In this document: positions 38,575-50,865 of the stretch, one piece after another
Layout: each line of letters starts with the position of its first letter
How positions within the stretch are numbered: the stretch's first letter is position 1
DNA from: Octopus sinensis
Taxonomy: Eukaryota
Direction of reading: 5' to 3'
Length of the DNA stretch: 64,000 bases
Assembly (NCBI RefSeq): GCF_006345805.1
Contig: NC_043000.1
Location: forward strand, 108,562,001-108,626,000
The notes under the pieces: model-generated
The model's database searches: none
What the model was told of the DNA's origin: nothing
Seen by the model: the letters and a program-made list of their open reading frames with translations, nothing else
Program-made: the position numbers and the translations under genes

Positions 38575-40445
38575 CCTCAAAGCTGCCGCCACCAATACTG
38601 GCACAATGAAAGGAATAGCGCTGGTGAGATGCGTGAAATGTTGGGGTGACAGTATGTAGGCATATGTGGTGTGCAGAAAGTAAGATATAGGAGAGCCTCC
38701 TCTAGATTCCTCATGGGTAAGAAACAGTGGTTTGAATTTTTCTGGGTAGGTGGTGTAGGCATACTTTTGGCAGAAAAATGGGTAATTGAAGTAGTCAGGG
38801 TTGTCAAACTGAGAATAATTTTCGATAAATTAACAGTTGTATTTGTTTCTGCCTCTGCTTCACAGTCTGGGCTGGCTGGTCAGTAGGACAGATTTTATGA
38901 GGTCCTCTGCAGGCTCCCTCAATGACAAAGAACAGAGACTTGGTTATTGTGGCTGGTGACTTCAACGGACATGTTGAGCAGCCCTCCCATGAATTCCATG
39001 GTGTGCATGAAGGTTACAGTTTTGGCTTTAGAAATAGGATAGTACAAGGCTGTTGGAGTTCAGTGATGCAAATGATCTCATAATCTGCAACACTAACTTC
39101 AAGAAACCAGCCAGTCACCTGATAATCTATTGGCCTGGTGGGTACATAAACTAGATTAATTACACCTTCACTAGGCAATGAGATTCTCACAAATGCAAAG
39201 TCTTCCCCAGGTGAGGAATGTGCAAACCAACATAGATTACCAGTTAGTGATTTCAGAATTAGGGCTAGAAGGACTCAGAGCAATAAACCAGTCTGGAAAA
39301 GAAGGTTATGGAAGCTCAAGGACCCAGCAAACTGACATGAATTTAGAGATATTTTAATGGAAGCTTCTGACCAAAAGAGGAGAAGTTGGGGGCACATAGC
39401 TTAGAGAATAATTGGAAGTTGATGCAGGATAACCTTTTTAGGGCTACAGACCAAATTTGTTGCATAGTCCCAGCCAGGCTGAGGGTGAAATGGTTGCAGA
39501 ACAAGGAGGTAGACAGTCCTGTTAAGGCAGAGAGACAGGTCTGGAAAGAGTGGAAAAACAGTGGAAGCAGAGAAGAAGTATATCAGGTAACCAGAAGGGC
39601 AGCAAGTTTACATAGCAAAAGGAAAAGCAGAAAGTAAGAGATGAGCCAATGTTCTACAGTTTGAGGGTCAGAGGTGTGAGGGGTTCAGGATTGCAAAGTA
39701 GAGAATAGAAATATGATGCATGAGAAATGTATGTTAATCGATAGCTATTTAGAGAAGAAAGATGCATGGAAGTGCCAGTATGAAAGGTTGCTACATGTGG
39801 AGAATGCATGGGAGGAGTAGAGTCTTTCAAATATAGAACCAACTGAGGGACCAGATGTCACAGTTGACAGCAGTATGATAGATACGCCAAATTAGCAGCA
39901 GTGGAAGATGTTATGAAAGTTTTGTTGCCAGAATAAGAATAAGATGGAAGAAGTTCAGAGAGCTGTTACCTCTTTTGGCAACAAAAGGACTTCCTCTGTA
40001 TCAGAGTGAAAGGCAGATTGTATGATGTTTGCATGCGAATTGTTGTACTCCATGGTAGTGTAGTGAGACATAGGCTTTGAATGCTGAAAACATGCATAGA
40101 CTAGAGATGAATGAAGCTAGTATACTCTAATGGATATGCATAATATCAGGGTACCTGTACGACACATCGCAAATGTGCTGAGAGGAAAGTTGGTTGTCAG
40201 AGGAATCCGATGCAGCATACAAGATTGTGTTGATTTGGACATGTGATGCAGATGGATGTAGACAGTTGCATAAAGAAGTGTTGATTGCATAAAGTGGATG
40301 GCACCAGTAGAACAGGGAAACCCAGGGAGACATGGGATGAAGTAGTGCAGATCAATCTCATGATGTTGGACCTCGTGGAAGAGATGACATTGTACGGAGA
40401 CATCTGGTGATATGAGATTCCTGAGAAGACCTGCCCACTTCAGCG
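38575..40445 (+). mobile_element. Degenerate, internally deleted RTE-X LINE
   Basis: APE remnants GVGILLAEKW, GDFNGHV and PGEECANQHRL, then C-terminal KFRELLPLLATKG...KGRLYD...RRLCWFGHVM. The RT core is absent. Confidence 0.85.
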
Positions 40446-41984
40446 AAACTAAGTTGTAGGAGTGCTGTGTGTCCCACCAACATGTAACATTGAATTTTTC
40501 ACTCACCCTACCCCAACAAACCAAACTCCCCTTCTCTTCCTCATAGATCCTCATTTTTATGCCCCATGCCTATCTCTCCCTCCCCACTCCTGTAATCTAA
40601 TCATCTCTCCTTCCCCCTCCACTCTGTAAAGTGGTTGACATTCGGAAGAACATCCAGCTGTAAAAACCATGTCAAAGCAGTGGAGCTTGGTGCAGTCCTC
40701 TGGCTTTCCAACTCCTCTCAAACAATCCAACTCATGACAGCATAGAAGACAGACATTGATGATGATGATGATTTTGATATATACATATATATATGTGTGT
40801 GTGTGTGTGTGTCAGAGATAGTATATACAAACTAGAGCAGATAGAGAGAGGAACAAGACGGATGAATCAACTTTACCTGCGATATGTTGTTTTTTTCTTG
40901 TCAATAGTATTATTGTCGTGATGTAGTATGGTTCATCTTGTCTGGTTACATATAAAAGGACATTTTGATCAATAATAATTAAAACTCTCTCCCGAATGTG
41001 TTGCAGACATAACTGAGGTAATCTGATCTACCGACAGAACGTGCTGGACTGTGCAGTTGTATTTATGCTGAATGGTTAATGAGGATAGTAAGAGATCAGA
41101 TAGCAGAAGTGGACAGTGACAGTAGAAGAGATAGGATGTCAGAAATTGTAGTAATGTGGGCCATTGATACAGGAAATAGCTTGTGAAGATAGTATTTGAA
41201 GATGGTTTATGTTACTTGTGAGAGGGGGAAAAAATCACAGGAGTTATGACAGAAGGGGGTATATGTGAATGTGTGTCTATATTTATATAGGAGTGAATGT
41301 GTGTCTATATTTATATAGGAATAAATGTGTGTCTATATTTATATAGGTATAAAGGCAGCAAGCAGGTAGAACTGTTAGCCTGCTGGGAAAAATTCTTAGT
41401 GGCTTTTCATCAATCTTCAGGCTCTGAGCTCAAATTCTGCCAATGTTGAGTATGTCTTTTGTCATTTCAGGGTTGATAAAATAAGTACTAGTTGTGTACT
41501 GCAGTCAATGTAATTGACTTACCCCCTCCCCTGAAATTGCTGGCCTTGTGCCAAAATTATTTATATAGGTATATACATTGACAACTATAAAGTGATATGT
41601 GCTGTTATGTGTGTGTGTGGGGGGGTGTATATGTTGTCGTGCATGTCTATATGTATGTATTTATGCACACACACACATTACTAAGGTGTGCACTGTACCT
41701 TGCAATCATCAGGGTCCATAATGTCTAAACAGACCTCCCCTTTCTCATTTCCCTCTGTTCCCCACATATCTACTTATAGTGTTTGTCCGTGAAGGTTTTG
41801 TAGGATTCAAGAAAATGGTGATTCATGGAATAACAAATATCATTTCATTGACATGTACAAGAACTCACTGCCACCAGACAAATGCCTGCAAAAGTTTTTT
41901 TTTTCCAGATGCTGAAAACAGTCCCCTTCTCACTCTTCTCAAGCCTATAAACTTAGAACCGCTGTGAAAGGTAGGTCTGGTGAT

Positions 41985-42270
41985 CATCATCGTCATCGTT
42001 TAACGTCCGCTTTCCATGCTAGCATGGGTTGGACGGTTCAACTGGGGTCTGGCAAGCCCGAAGGCTGCACCAGGCCAGTCAGATCTGGCAGTGTTTCTAC
42101 AGCTGGATGCCCTTCCTAGTGCCAACCACTCCGAGAGTGTAGTGGGTGATTTTATGTGCCACCGACACAGGTGCCAGACGAGGCTGGCAGACAGTCACGC
42201 TCGAATGGTGTTTTTTATGTGCCACCGACACAGGTGCCAGGCGAGGCTGGCAGACGGTCACGCTCGATTG
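41985..42270 (-). mobile_element. RTE-X 3' UTR copy
   Basis: (ATC)n tail and the same UTR as 35455; two internal modules at 42150-42270. Confidence 0.85.
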
Positions 42271-44640
42271 TTGAAATTCTAGAGTGGAGACATATGGATG
42301 TATACTGGGTGAAAGCGGTACCATGGAAGGGAGCCTCTGCTAGACTACTCAAGGGATGTAGACACAATGACCTGTTACTGTGACTGGTGACTTCAATGGA
42401 CACATGAAGCAACACTCCAATGGATTTCATGGAAGGCATGGAAGTTTTGGCTTTGATTCTAAAAATGAGACATGAACAAGGTTGCAGGTATTCTGTGGTG
42501 CTCATAATTTCTTGATCCTCAGGAAACCAACCAGCCAGCCACATAATCACCTTTCAATATGGTGAGCATATAAACCAGATTAACTACATTCTCATGAGAA
42601 ACAGGGATAAGCAGATACTTGTGAATGCAAAATCTTTCCTGTGTGAAAAATGCACAACTCAACACAGGGTTGTGGTTAGTGCTCTGAGTCTTAGGTTAGA
42701 ACGAATCAGAGAGACAAACTAGTTTTGAAATGGAAGATATGGAACCTTGAAGTTTAGAGAAATATTAGTTGAAGCATTGGATGGAAAAGATAGAGGAGAT
42801 AGTCACTTAGCATAGTAGACAACTAGAAATTTCTCAGAGACAACCTACCAAGGACTACAGATCAAATATGTGGTTAGGGTAAAGTTTCAACCAGACTCAG
42901 GGTGATATAGTGGTGGAACATTGAGTTAGACAGTCATAAAATCAAAGAGGAATAGTTGGAAAGGCTGGAAAAATGGAGATGACAAAGAGCTACGTTAAGT
43001 AGCTAGAAGAGAAGTTAGGTGACAGGTTTATTTAGCAAGGACAGAAGCAGAAAGGAAGAAGTCATACAGCGTGAGGATCAGAGATATGAGGTGTTTGCAA
43101 GAGAGTGTGTGAGAGAGAATGAAGATGCTGTGAAAGAGAAGTGTGTACAGATTGTTTATGGTATGCTTGCTCTAAAGGATTCTGCAAAGAAAGAGAAATG
43201 GAAGTGCTATTATGAAGGGATATTAAACATGGAGAATGTTAGGATGAAAGGGTGTTTTACGAATGTGGATCCAGCAGAGAAACTAGCCATCTTAATTGAC
43301 AGCTGTGTAATAAATAAGGCAATTAAGGATATGAAGACAGGGTAAAACCTTGCTTCATTAGGTATTATGTTGAAATGCTCCAAATATGCTTGCAGAGTAG
43401 GATACAGCCTGTTCACCTATATCATTAATAGGGAGGAGATGTCATAAGCAGTGACTGGTGTAGCAGCAGTATCCTAGTTAGCTGCTACAAGAGTAATGGA
43501 AATGCTTTAGAAATAATTACAGAGGTATGAAATTGCTGGGCCAGGTCATGAAAATGATGGAGAGAGTTAGAGCCTAATTAATTAAGAAGAGAATTAATCT
43601 AGTTGAGATGCAGTTTGAATTTGTGCCAGGGAGAAGTACTACTGATGCCATCTTAATTAGACACCTGCAGAAAAAGTATTTAGCTATGAGTAAACCATTG
43701 TACGTGGTGTTCATTGACCTGGTGAAATCCTTTGACAGAGTTATTTGCTCTATGATCTGGTGGTCTCTGTGGAAGCTAAGGGTAGATGAATGACTTATGA
43801 AAGTTATACAGGCTATATACAAACATACTGTCTGTAGCATGAAAGCTAGCCATGAATTCAGTGATTAATTCAGAGAACTGGTAGAATTTAAGACTGGCTG
43901 CTCCTAGGAACTACAGTATGTTGACCTCATTCTTGTAGTGTAATCGATAATAGAATTAGAAAAGACATTCCAAGTGTGGAAGCAAAACATGGAATTAAAG
44001 GGCCTTAAACATTACTTAGACATACAAAAGGTACTGTGGAATCAGATGAATGCTAAAAGAGAAAGTAGTGTTTCTGTATGGAAGATGTAAAGATCCCTTC
44101 ACTTATAAATGACGTGGGATTGCCCCTAGAAAGTTAACCCCCCCCCCGGGGCATGAGTCTGAGCAAGGTTGTTTATGGAAGACCAGCAGCTGCTCATTCA
44201 TACCAGCCTCTCTCTTCCTCCACACCATTAATGTTATCCAAAGGAAAGGAAAAGGCTGCTGTAGCTTGGCACCAGTGATGTTGCAACTCATTTCTACAAC
44301 TGAGTGAACTGGAGCAACGTGAAAAAAAATTTTGCTCAAGGACTCAACACAAAGCCTGGTCCAGAAATCAAACTTACGACCTCTTGATTGTAAGCTTGAT
44401 GCTCTAACCACTGAGCCATGCATCTTGAAGATGTGCAACAGCAATAAACACTAAGGGCAGAGGGAAAATAGATTTTCTCAAATGCCCAACAGGTTCCTTA
44501 AAGGTTGTGGGTTGTTTCTGTTACCTAGGTGACCTAATTAGTGGTGGAGGAGGATGTTCTGAAAGTATAGTTGCTTCAATAAGAATTGGGTGGAAATAGC
44601 TCAGAGAGTTATTGCTTCTGTTGACAATAAAATCTCTCTC
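42270..44640 (+). mobile_element. Old degenerate RTE-X LINE interrupted by a SINE
   Basis: KGASARLL, NYRGMKLL, MQFEFVPGRSTTDAI, VVFIDLVKSFDRV and, after the SINE, CYLGDLISGGGGCSESI. Confidence 0.85.
44103..44425 (-). mobile_element. tRNA-derived SINE family A
   Basis: Reverse complement of 643-972. Confidence 0.8.
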
Positions 44641-44641
44641 C

Positions 44642-44671
<30 letters not shown>

Positions 44672-44679
<8 letters not shown>

Positions 44680-44880
44680 GTTAATCCAAACAAGAAAACA
44701 CAAAAAAACACAACAACGCGAGGACGTGGAACAAATATAGTATTATTGGACGCTCAGGGAAGAAGGAGGGTTTAACGTTTCGAACGGAGCTCTTCGTCGG
44801 AAACATAGGAGAAGAAAAGATCCAGAGAAGGGAAGACAGAGGGAAAAAAAATCGCCAACGGTACACACGCGGTCACACAC
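44672..44880 (-). mobile_element. Short solo pLTR-like element with a hammerhead-like motif at 44770-44804
   Basis: Minus strand GTTT-CCGACGA-A-GAGC(TCC)GTTC-GAAAC-GT-T-AAAC...ttccctgagcg; ends in (TA)n. Confidence 0.7.
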
Positions 44881-45115
44881 ACTAAGGTATCAGGAAGAAA
44901 GACTTGTTACAGATTTTGCTTGTCGTTGTTTTACGGGGTGGGTGGTTCAGTTTTAATTTATAGACTAGTTTTATCAAATCCTTGTATATTTAAGGCCCGA
45001 GAGAACAAGGGGCAGCGTCTGTTAGGGGTAGGGCTGAGGGAGTCAACAGAAAACTGACCCCATAAAACAGTAACAAGCAAAATCTGTAACAAGTCTTTCT
45101 TCCTGATACCTTAGT
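44881..45115. mobile_element. MITE with 57-bp TIRs (first 43 bp perfect)
   Basis: actaaggtatcaggaagaaagacttgttacagattttgcttgt and its exact reverse complement ending at 45115. Confidence 0.92.
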
Positions 45116-45575
45116 AGCTTCTAAGCTGAAGTGAAGGCAGCATGTTCCTTGTCAACTTCTGCCACGTTCCAGGGAGAAAAACTAGAAGTAGTTGATAGCT
45201 TTCGTTACCTAAGTGACCAAGTCAGTAGCGGGGGAGGGTGCACTGAAAGTGTAGCTGCTAGAATAAGAATAGCTTGGGCAAAGTTCAGAGAGCTCTTACC
45301 TCTGCTGGTGACAAAGGGCCTCTCACTCAGAGTAAAAGGTAAACTATATGATGCATGTGTACGAACAGCCATGCTACATGGCAGTGAAACATGGGCTGTG
45401 ACTGCTGAGGACATGCGTAAGCTTGCAAGGAATGAAGCCAGTATGCTCCGATGGATGTGTAATGTCAGTGTGCATACTTGACAGTGTAAGTACCTTGAGA
45501 GAAAAGTTGGACCTAAGAAGCATCAGATGTGGTGTGCAAGAGAGACGACTGCACTGGTATGGTCATGTGACGGTG
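45116..45575 (+). pseudogene. RTE-X LINE post-RT fragment, little decayed
   Basis: GEKLEVVDSFRYLSDQVSSGGGC...RIRIAWAKFRELLPLL...AMLHGSETW...QERRLHWYGHV. Confidence 0.9.
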
Positions 45576-46300
45576 TCTACTCAGTTTGTCACTGTTATTT
45601 ATGAGAAAAAGATACCCTTCCCCCCGCCCCTAACCCTAACCATAACCCTAACCCCGCATATATAAAAAAATAAAAAAATTTACGGAAAGTGATGATCTTC
45701 AAATGTAAACAAATACCCGTGTTTTGCTATAAACTGAGGGGTCACTCGTAAACAGAGCTGGATAACAAAACCGTTCCCTCATTTAGTGTTCACCCATAAT
45801 TATGACCCTAGTATCAATCTATTGCATTTCAATGTTTTAGGGTTAGGGTATCTATTTTCTTCAGAAATGTAAATAGACCCAATCTGTTCCTTAAATGAAT
45901 ATATAATATGTAATGTGTGTATCTGTGCAACAGAGAGGGAAATTAAAACTGCATATGTTGTGAACTTAGAATATGTGTTTATTAATAAAAGTTTAATAAC
46001 GATAATCTTTTATTCATATGAATGTAACTGATATGAAATATGTCATAAATAACAGTGACAAACTGATATGACACCGCATTGACAAACAACCGCAGAAATT
46101 GTATTCATCTCAATAGTCGTCATTGATTGGTTGAAATTGCCGAAATGCAAGCAATTAAACAACAAATAGCTTACAAACTACAGAATTTTCTCAAGAAAGC
46201 CAAGAGAAAAAGATGTTTTATAAATACATTCTACCAGTATATGAAGTTTAAAAGTGTTTAGTTACAAAGAAACTATTAAAAAATCTGCCGATCAAAGTGA
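45576..46300. repeat. Unclassified repeat with opposed telomere-like motifs
   Basis: CCCTAA-type run at 45628-45654 and (TTAGGG)2 at 45837-45848. Confidence 0.45.
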
Positions 46301-48165
46301 AAAGATCCCTTTCTCCTTGTCTATGAAGAAATCTTGGAATTCATGGATTAGTCTTCTGATTTTATTCATTATCGTTTTTTCTGAGTGTCTTGGTTCTTCC
46401 TTGTAGTAGGTTTGGTTTGTTAACATTTCCAATATTTTATCCTTATTATAGTCCTTGTCCATGTTACTGTCGCCCCTCCCTAATCGGCTTCTTTTAGGAT
46501 GATTGAGTTGTCATTCTTCAGTGTTTGTAAGGCTTCCTTTTCTTCTTCACAAAGGTTTTGTTTGCATCTGTTGGTTTTTAGGGGAAAGTTTGAAATCGTA
46601 TCTATATACGCGTCTAAATATTTGTCCTTTCCCTTGTAGGGGGCAAAGTGGGATTTATTTCTGACTATTGATTCATCATTTAAATCTTTATTGCTGAAGA
46701 ATTCTATAAGTCGGAGGTGGCGGTTGAAGTGTTCAATATCAGATTTCAGCTCAATGAGATCAGGGGTGGGTGTTGGGGTAAACTTGAAACCTTTTAATAG
46801 GAGGTTCATCTCATTCTTGTTGAGGCTCCTATTTGACAAATCTATGATCTTTGAGTCTATATGTTGTGTGTGTTTAATTAAATTTTGTGTATTATCAGGT
46901 CTGGTGCATGGTTTTGGTATTTTCTCCCTAAAAAAAAGAATTGTGTTACCATGTCTCCATTTTCTGATCTTGGCATTCTGGTTTCAATGTAGGCAGGAGG
47001 ATGGTTCATGTCTTTTATATGAATTCCATATGAGTTTCGTTTTCTTCCCATCTTCCATGCTTTTTTCGCCATCCTGGATATATGGGATTTTTGGTCGTAA
47101 ATCGTGGGTTGCTTGAGTTATCATGATGATTATTATTCCTATTATAGTACCTCTGCTGTCTGTATTTTACTTGTCTTTTTTCCCATGTATTCATCCATCC
47201 GGGATACATGTTATTACGGGTCGGTGGTTGTCTGTATGTTATTTGTCTTTCATGTCTTTTCCCCTTGTATTTATCCATCTATGGTGTTTGGACTTATGGG
47301 TTGATGGTTGTCTTCTATATTTCATTTGTTGGCTATTTGCAGTGTTATGTATCGTAGAATATGGGTTTCTAGTCTGTACTTGGAGTGAGATGGAGGTCAT
47401 CTCCACGTATGGAAGTTTGATACCTCAGTCCGGTTCCTCTGGGGTTAGTGTCCATGTTTGTTTTCCATTTCCTCGTATTTCTTTGTTGTTGTGGTTTCAT
47501 TTTCATAATGGATTTGTCTCCATAGTTTTTTTCATAGTCATTGAACCACTCTTGTTGTTTTTCCCACATTTTTATGGATTTTTCTTCTTCCTGCTTTTTG
47601 TTTTCTTTCCATAGTTTTTGCAGGTTTTCATTGACATTGATTGTCGCTCCGCTCAGCAATTTCAGCAAACATAATTGTGTCAATATTTTAAACTTTTTCT
47701 TCATGTCTTGTTTCTCCCAATTATAGAAAAATGATTTCTGTTTCCAGTCAGCACAGAGCTAAATTCGCACATATCCTTATCTCTTCCCGTGATCCATTTC
47801 TTATTTCTTGAATAAGAAATTTTCTGGGCAGGATTGGGCTTTCTTTACTTCGCCAATTCTGGTAGGTGTTTGCTATATTGTTGCATCAAATGCTCTTCTG
47901 AAATGCATGTTTCCTTTGATTCGGGAGTTTCTTCCAGAGATGTGGTTTCAAGTGAGTTTGTTCTTACTACTATCTTGTTGTTGGAGCATCTTCTGTATGG
48001 ATATCATTCACAGTTCTATCTATATTTGGGAAGATTGCCTCCAGTCTTGAAATTATTAAATTTAACTTATTATATATTTCTGTGAGAAGTTCTGTATTTT
48101 TGGTGTTTCTCAGCTGCGAGTTTGATTGCGTTCCTTTCATTCTAGTGTCTTGTACATCCAAGGAG
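46300..48165 (-). mobile_element. Penelope-like element, N-terminal region up to just before the RT; degenerate
   Basis: IIDLSNRSLNKNEMNLLLKGFKFTPTP...F.RHLRLIEFF...EEKEALQTLKNDNSIILKEAD*GGATV matches PLE pre-RT motifs (LS..L...E..LL.KG..F.P; I..ADKG...V). Confidence 0.85.
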
Positions 48166-48174
48166 ATATGAATA

Positions 48175-48429
48175 GAGTGTTAGGTGTGATGTACAGAATT
48201 GGATATTGAGAAAAAAAAGTCGTCAGAATTTTGTAAAAAAAATCCTTTTATTTCTTCTTTATTATTAGCGCTTTCGTTCCTCTCTAGAACTTGTCAAATA
48301 TATTGTATTTGACAAGTTCTAGAGAGGACCCAAAGCCCTAATAATAATGAAGAAATAAAAAGATTTTTTTCCAAAATTCTGATGACTTTTTTTCTCAATA
48401 TTCAATTCTGTACACCACACGTAACACTC
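48175..48429. mobile_element. Complete foldback MITE with TA target duplication
   Basis: TA-GAGTGTTAGGTGTGATGTACAGAATT...AATTCTGTACACCACACGTAACACTC-TA; the whole element is palindromic around cttgtcaaata-tattg-tatttgacaag. Confidence 0.9.
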
Positions 48430-48432
48430 TAT

Positions 48433-48510
48433 ACATAGGGAGAATTTACGAAAAAAACAAAAGATGAAGACAGGTGGTGTACAAAACAAACAGATGTATT
48501 AGTATAACGC
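48433..48510 (-). mobile_element. 3' tip of the PLE pLTR family seen at 10990-11101
   Basis: Reverse complement reads ttcctgagcgttatactaatacatctgtttg...cacctgtcttcatcttttg. Confidence 0.7.
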
Positions 48511-48641
48511 TCAGGAATAGAATAGAATATACATATAAATATATGTATATTCATAAACTTGCTTGCATGGTTCCTGCCTTCGATCACCACTAATAATATT
48601 TACTAGTAATATTTTTATATATCTCTCTTTCTCTGTGTGTG

Positions 48642-48675
<34 letters not shown>

Positions 48676-48693
48676 AAGAGAGATACGTGATTG

Positions 48694-48728
<35 letters not shown>

Positions 48729-49424
48729 ATGTATTTATGAAGAGAGAGAAAATTGATACTGGAAAATCTGCTTAGTTCTGAATATAGCCATCTGCTCTGA
48801 AGCATTGTGTAACCTGTTCTCTGAACTGAACTACTTTGGTGCATAGTATTTTCTGCTGCCGACAAGGTCAGAATAATATACTTACATAGATACATTATAC
48901 ATAAATTATACCAGGGTAATGTTATTATTAAAAATATAGAGGACATTGTCTAAGAGATTTAAGCGGAAACTTGTAATCGTATAGATATGTACATACTTGA
49001 CATGTTATGATCATATTTGACATGTAATGTATAAATTGTTTTCCTCAGTGATGTACGTCCATGTGGATGTGGAAATAGAAGCCATAAGAAAATAATTTAG
49101 TTTTGTGTTGTGAAAACTAATGTAATCCATATGGATTATAAAGTAAATCCTTATTGATAACATATCCATTAGCCAAGTTACAAAGCTTAATGTGAAACTT
49201 GTTATATAGATTACAGCTTAAAAGATTGTTGTGGGAGTAATTAATAAATGCCGATTCCCAAATTGCAGTCATCATCATTTGTAAATGGTTGCCACTTCTA
49301 ATGTGGCTGACATCATAACTATTTTATGTGTAACTCCAGAACAATAACTGAACTTTCAATGGTGACTTTTTTCATTGCTTCTAGGTTTTTGTAAGTGTTT
49401 AGAAGTTGTTCACAAGAGGCACAA

Positions 49425-49770
49425 GCATGGCTGTGTGGTTAGAAAGCTTGCTTTGCAACACCATGGTTTTAGGTTCAGTCCCACTGCACAGCACCTTGGG
49501 CAAGTGTCTTCAACTATAGCCCTGATGACTGAATTTGGAAGGCTGAAACTGTGTGGAAGTCCATCTTTTGTCTGTGTGTATCCCCATCCACAGGTTTATT
49601 TATCTGGTTGTTACATAGCACTTTGGCAAAAGTGACTAATAAAATTAGTACCAGACTTTAAGAAAATAAGTACTGGCATTGGTTTGGTTGACTGGAAACC
49701 CTTCAAGCTCTTACTCCTGCATGGCTGTAATGTAGGGACTAAAACAAGTAAAAGATAGAAGATAAAAATG
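49425..49770 (+). mobile_element. SINE family C, diverged
   Basis: ggctgtgtggttag...ggttcagtccc...caccttgggcaagtgtctt...aaacaagtaaaaga. Confidence 0.75.
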
Positions 49771-50546
49771 TCATAGATCCTCTAAAGCTATTATAAAGTT
49801 GGACAAATGAACCACCATTTTGTTCTTGAGTTTGAATATCTCTTTTCAGTGATCACCCATTCAGTTTCACGAGATACAAAAAGACTGCAGCCATCACTCA
49901 CAAGGGAAGGAAACTTCATAGCATGTGCTATGATGATTTTGGCTAGTTGTTTTTAATGTTCAAATAGTCTTAAACAGACACAGATACCCTCTTGCTGCTG
50001 CTACTGTTGATGTAGTGGAATAAACAGATGTGAGAGTTGTAAGGAAAGACAACAATTGCAAAAAAGATATGATTGGCCTTGTTGGAATTGTTTCAAAATA
50101 TTTTCTGGGAACAGCTATCATTTGTGTCCACTAATTACCAATATGTTCTTAACAACAAGTTTTAAAATCACTCAAAGCAGAGACAATACCATCTTCTCTT
50201 TACAAAAATCAAACTCATGGCATATAACCACTCTGCAACACAATTATTTAACCACACTCAAATTGCTCTGCTGTATTTAACATTATTCAGGAACATATGA
50301 GAAAAGAACTAAAAGCAAACCCTAATCATCAAACGGTACCTCCACAAATTCTTCTGAGAAATACTGGAGTCTCTAATCCCTCTTGGCCTCTGAGGTTTAA
50401 ATATATGTGGGCGAGAGCTTTCAGAGGAGAGTCAGTCAGTTCCTACAGAAGCAGTGGCCCGGGAACAAAATGTGCTTAGGGGGTGCAAACTCAGTTCCAA
50501 AATTTGGCACTACTGGAGAAGTGTGGATCCGAGTTCTGGGAGTGTA

Positions 50547-50626
50547 CATGTGTGTGTGTATATATATATATGTGTGTGTGTGTATGTATATATGTGTGTG
50601 TGTGTATGTATATATATGTGTGTATG

Positions 50627-50659
<33 letters not shown>

Positions 50660-50814
50660 ATATGTGTGTATGTATATATGTGTGTGTGTATGTATATGTG
50701 TGTGTGTGTATGTATATATATGTATGTATGTGTATGTGTGTATATATATATGTATGTGTATGTGTGTGTGTATGTATGTATGTGTATGTGTGTATATATA
50801 TATGTGTGTATATA

Positions 50815-50861
<47 letters not shown>
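50547..50861. repeat. (TG)n/(TA)n compound microsatellite
   Basis: Direct reading. Confidence 0.95.

Positions 50862-50865
<4 letters not shown>

Noticed and set aside
40877-41028. Minus-strand 50-codon frame ending at cag/gtaaag
   Set aside because: Weak acceptor, no recognisable protein, and opposite to the better-supported exon strand
46480-48161. Selenocysteine read-through in the PLE ORF
   Set aside because: Interruptions include TAA, TAG and frameshifts, not only TGA; ordinary decay
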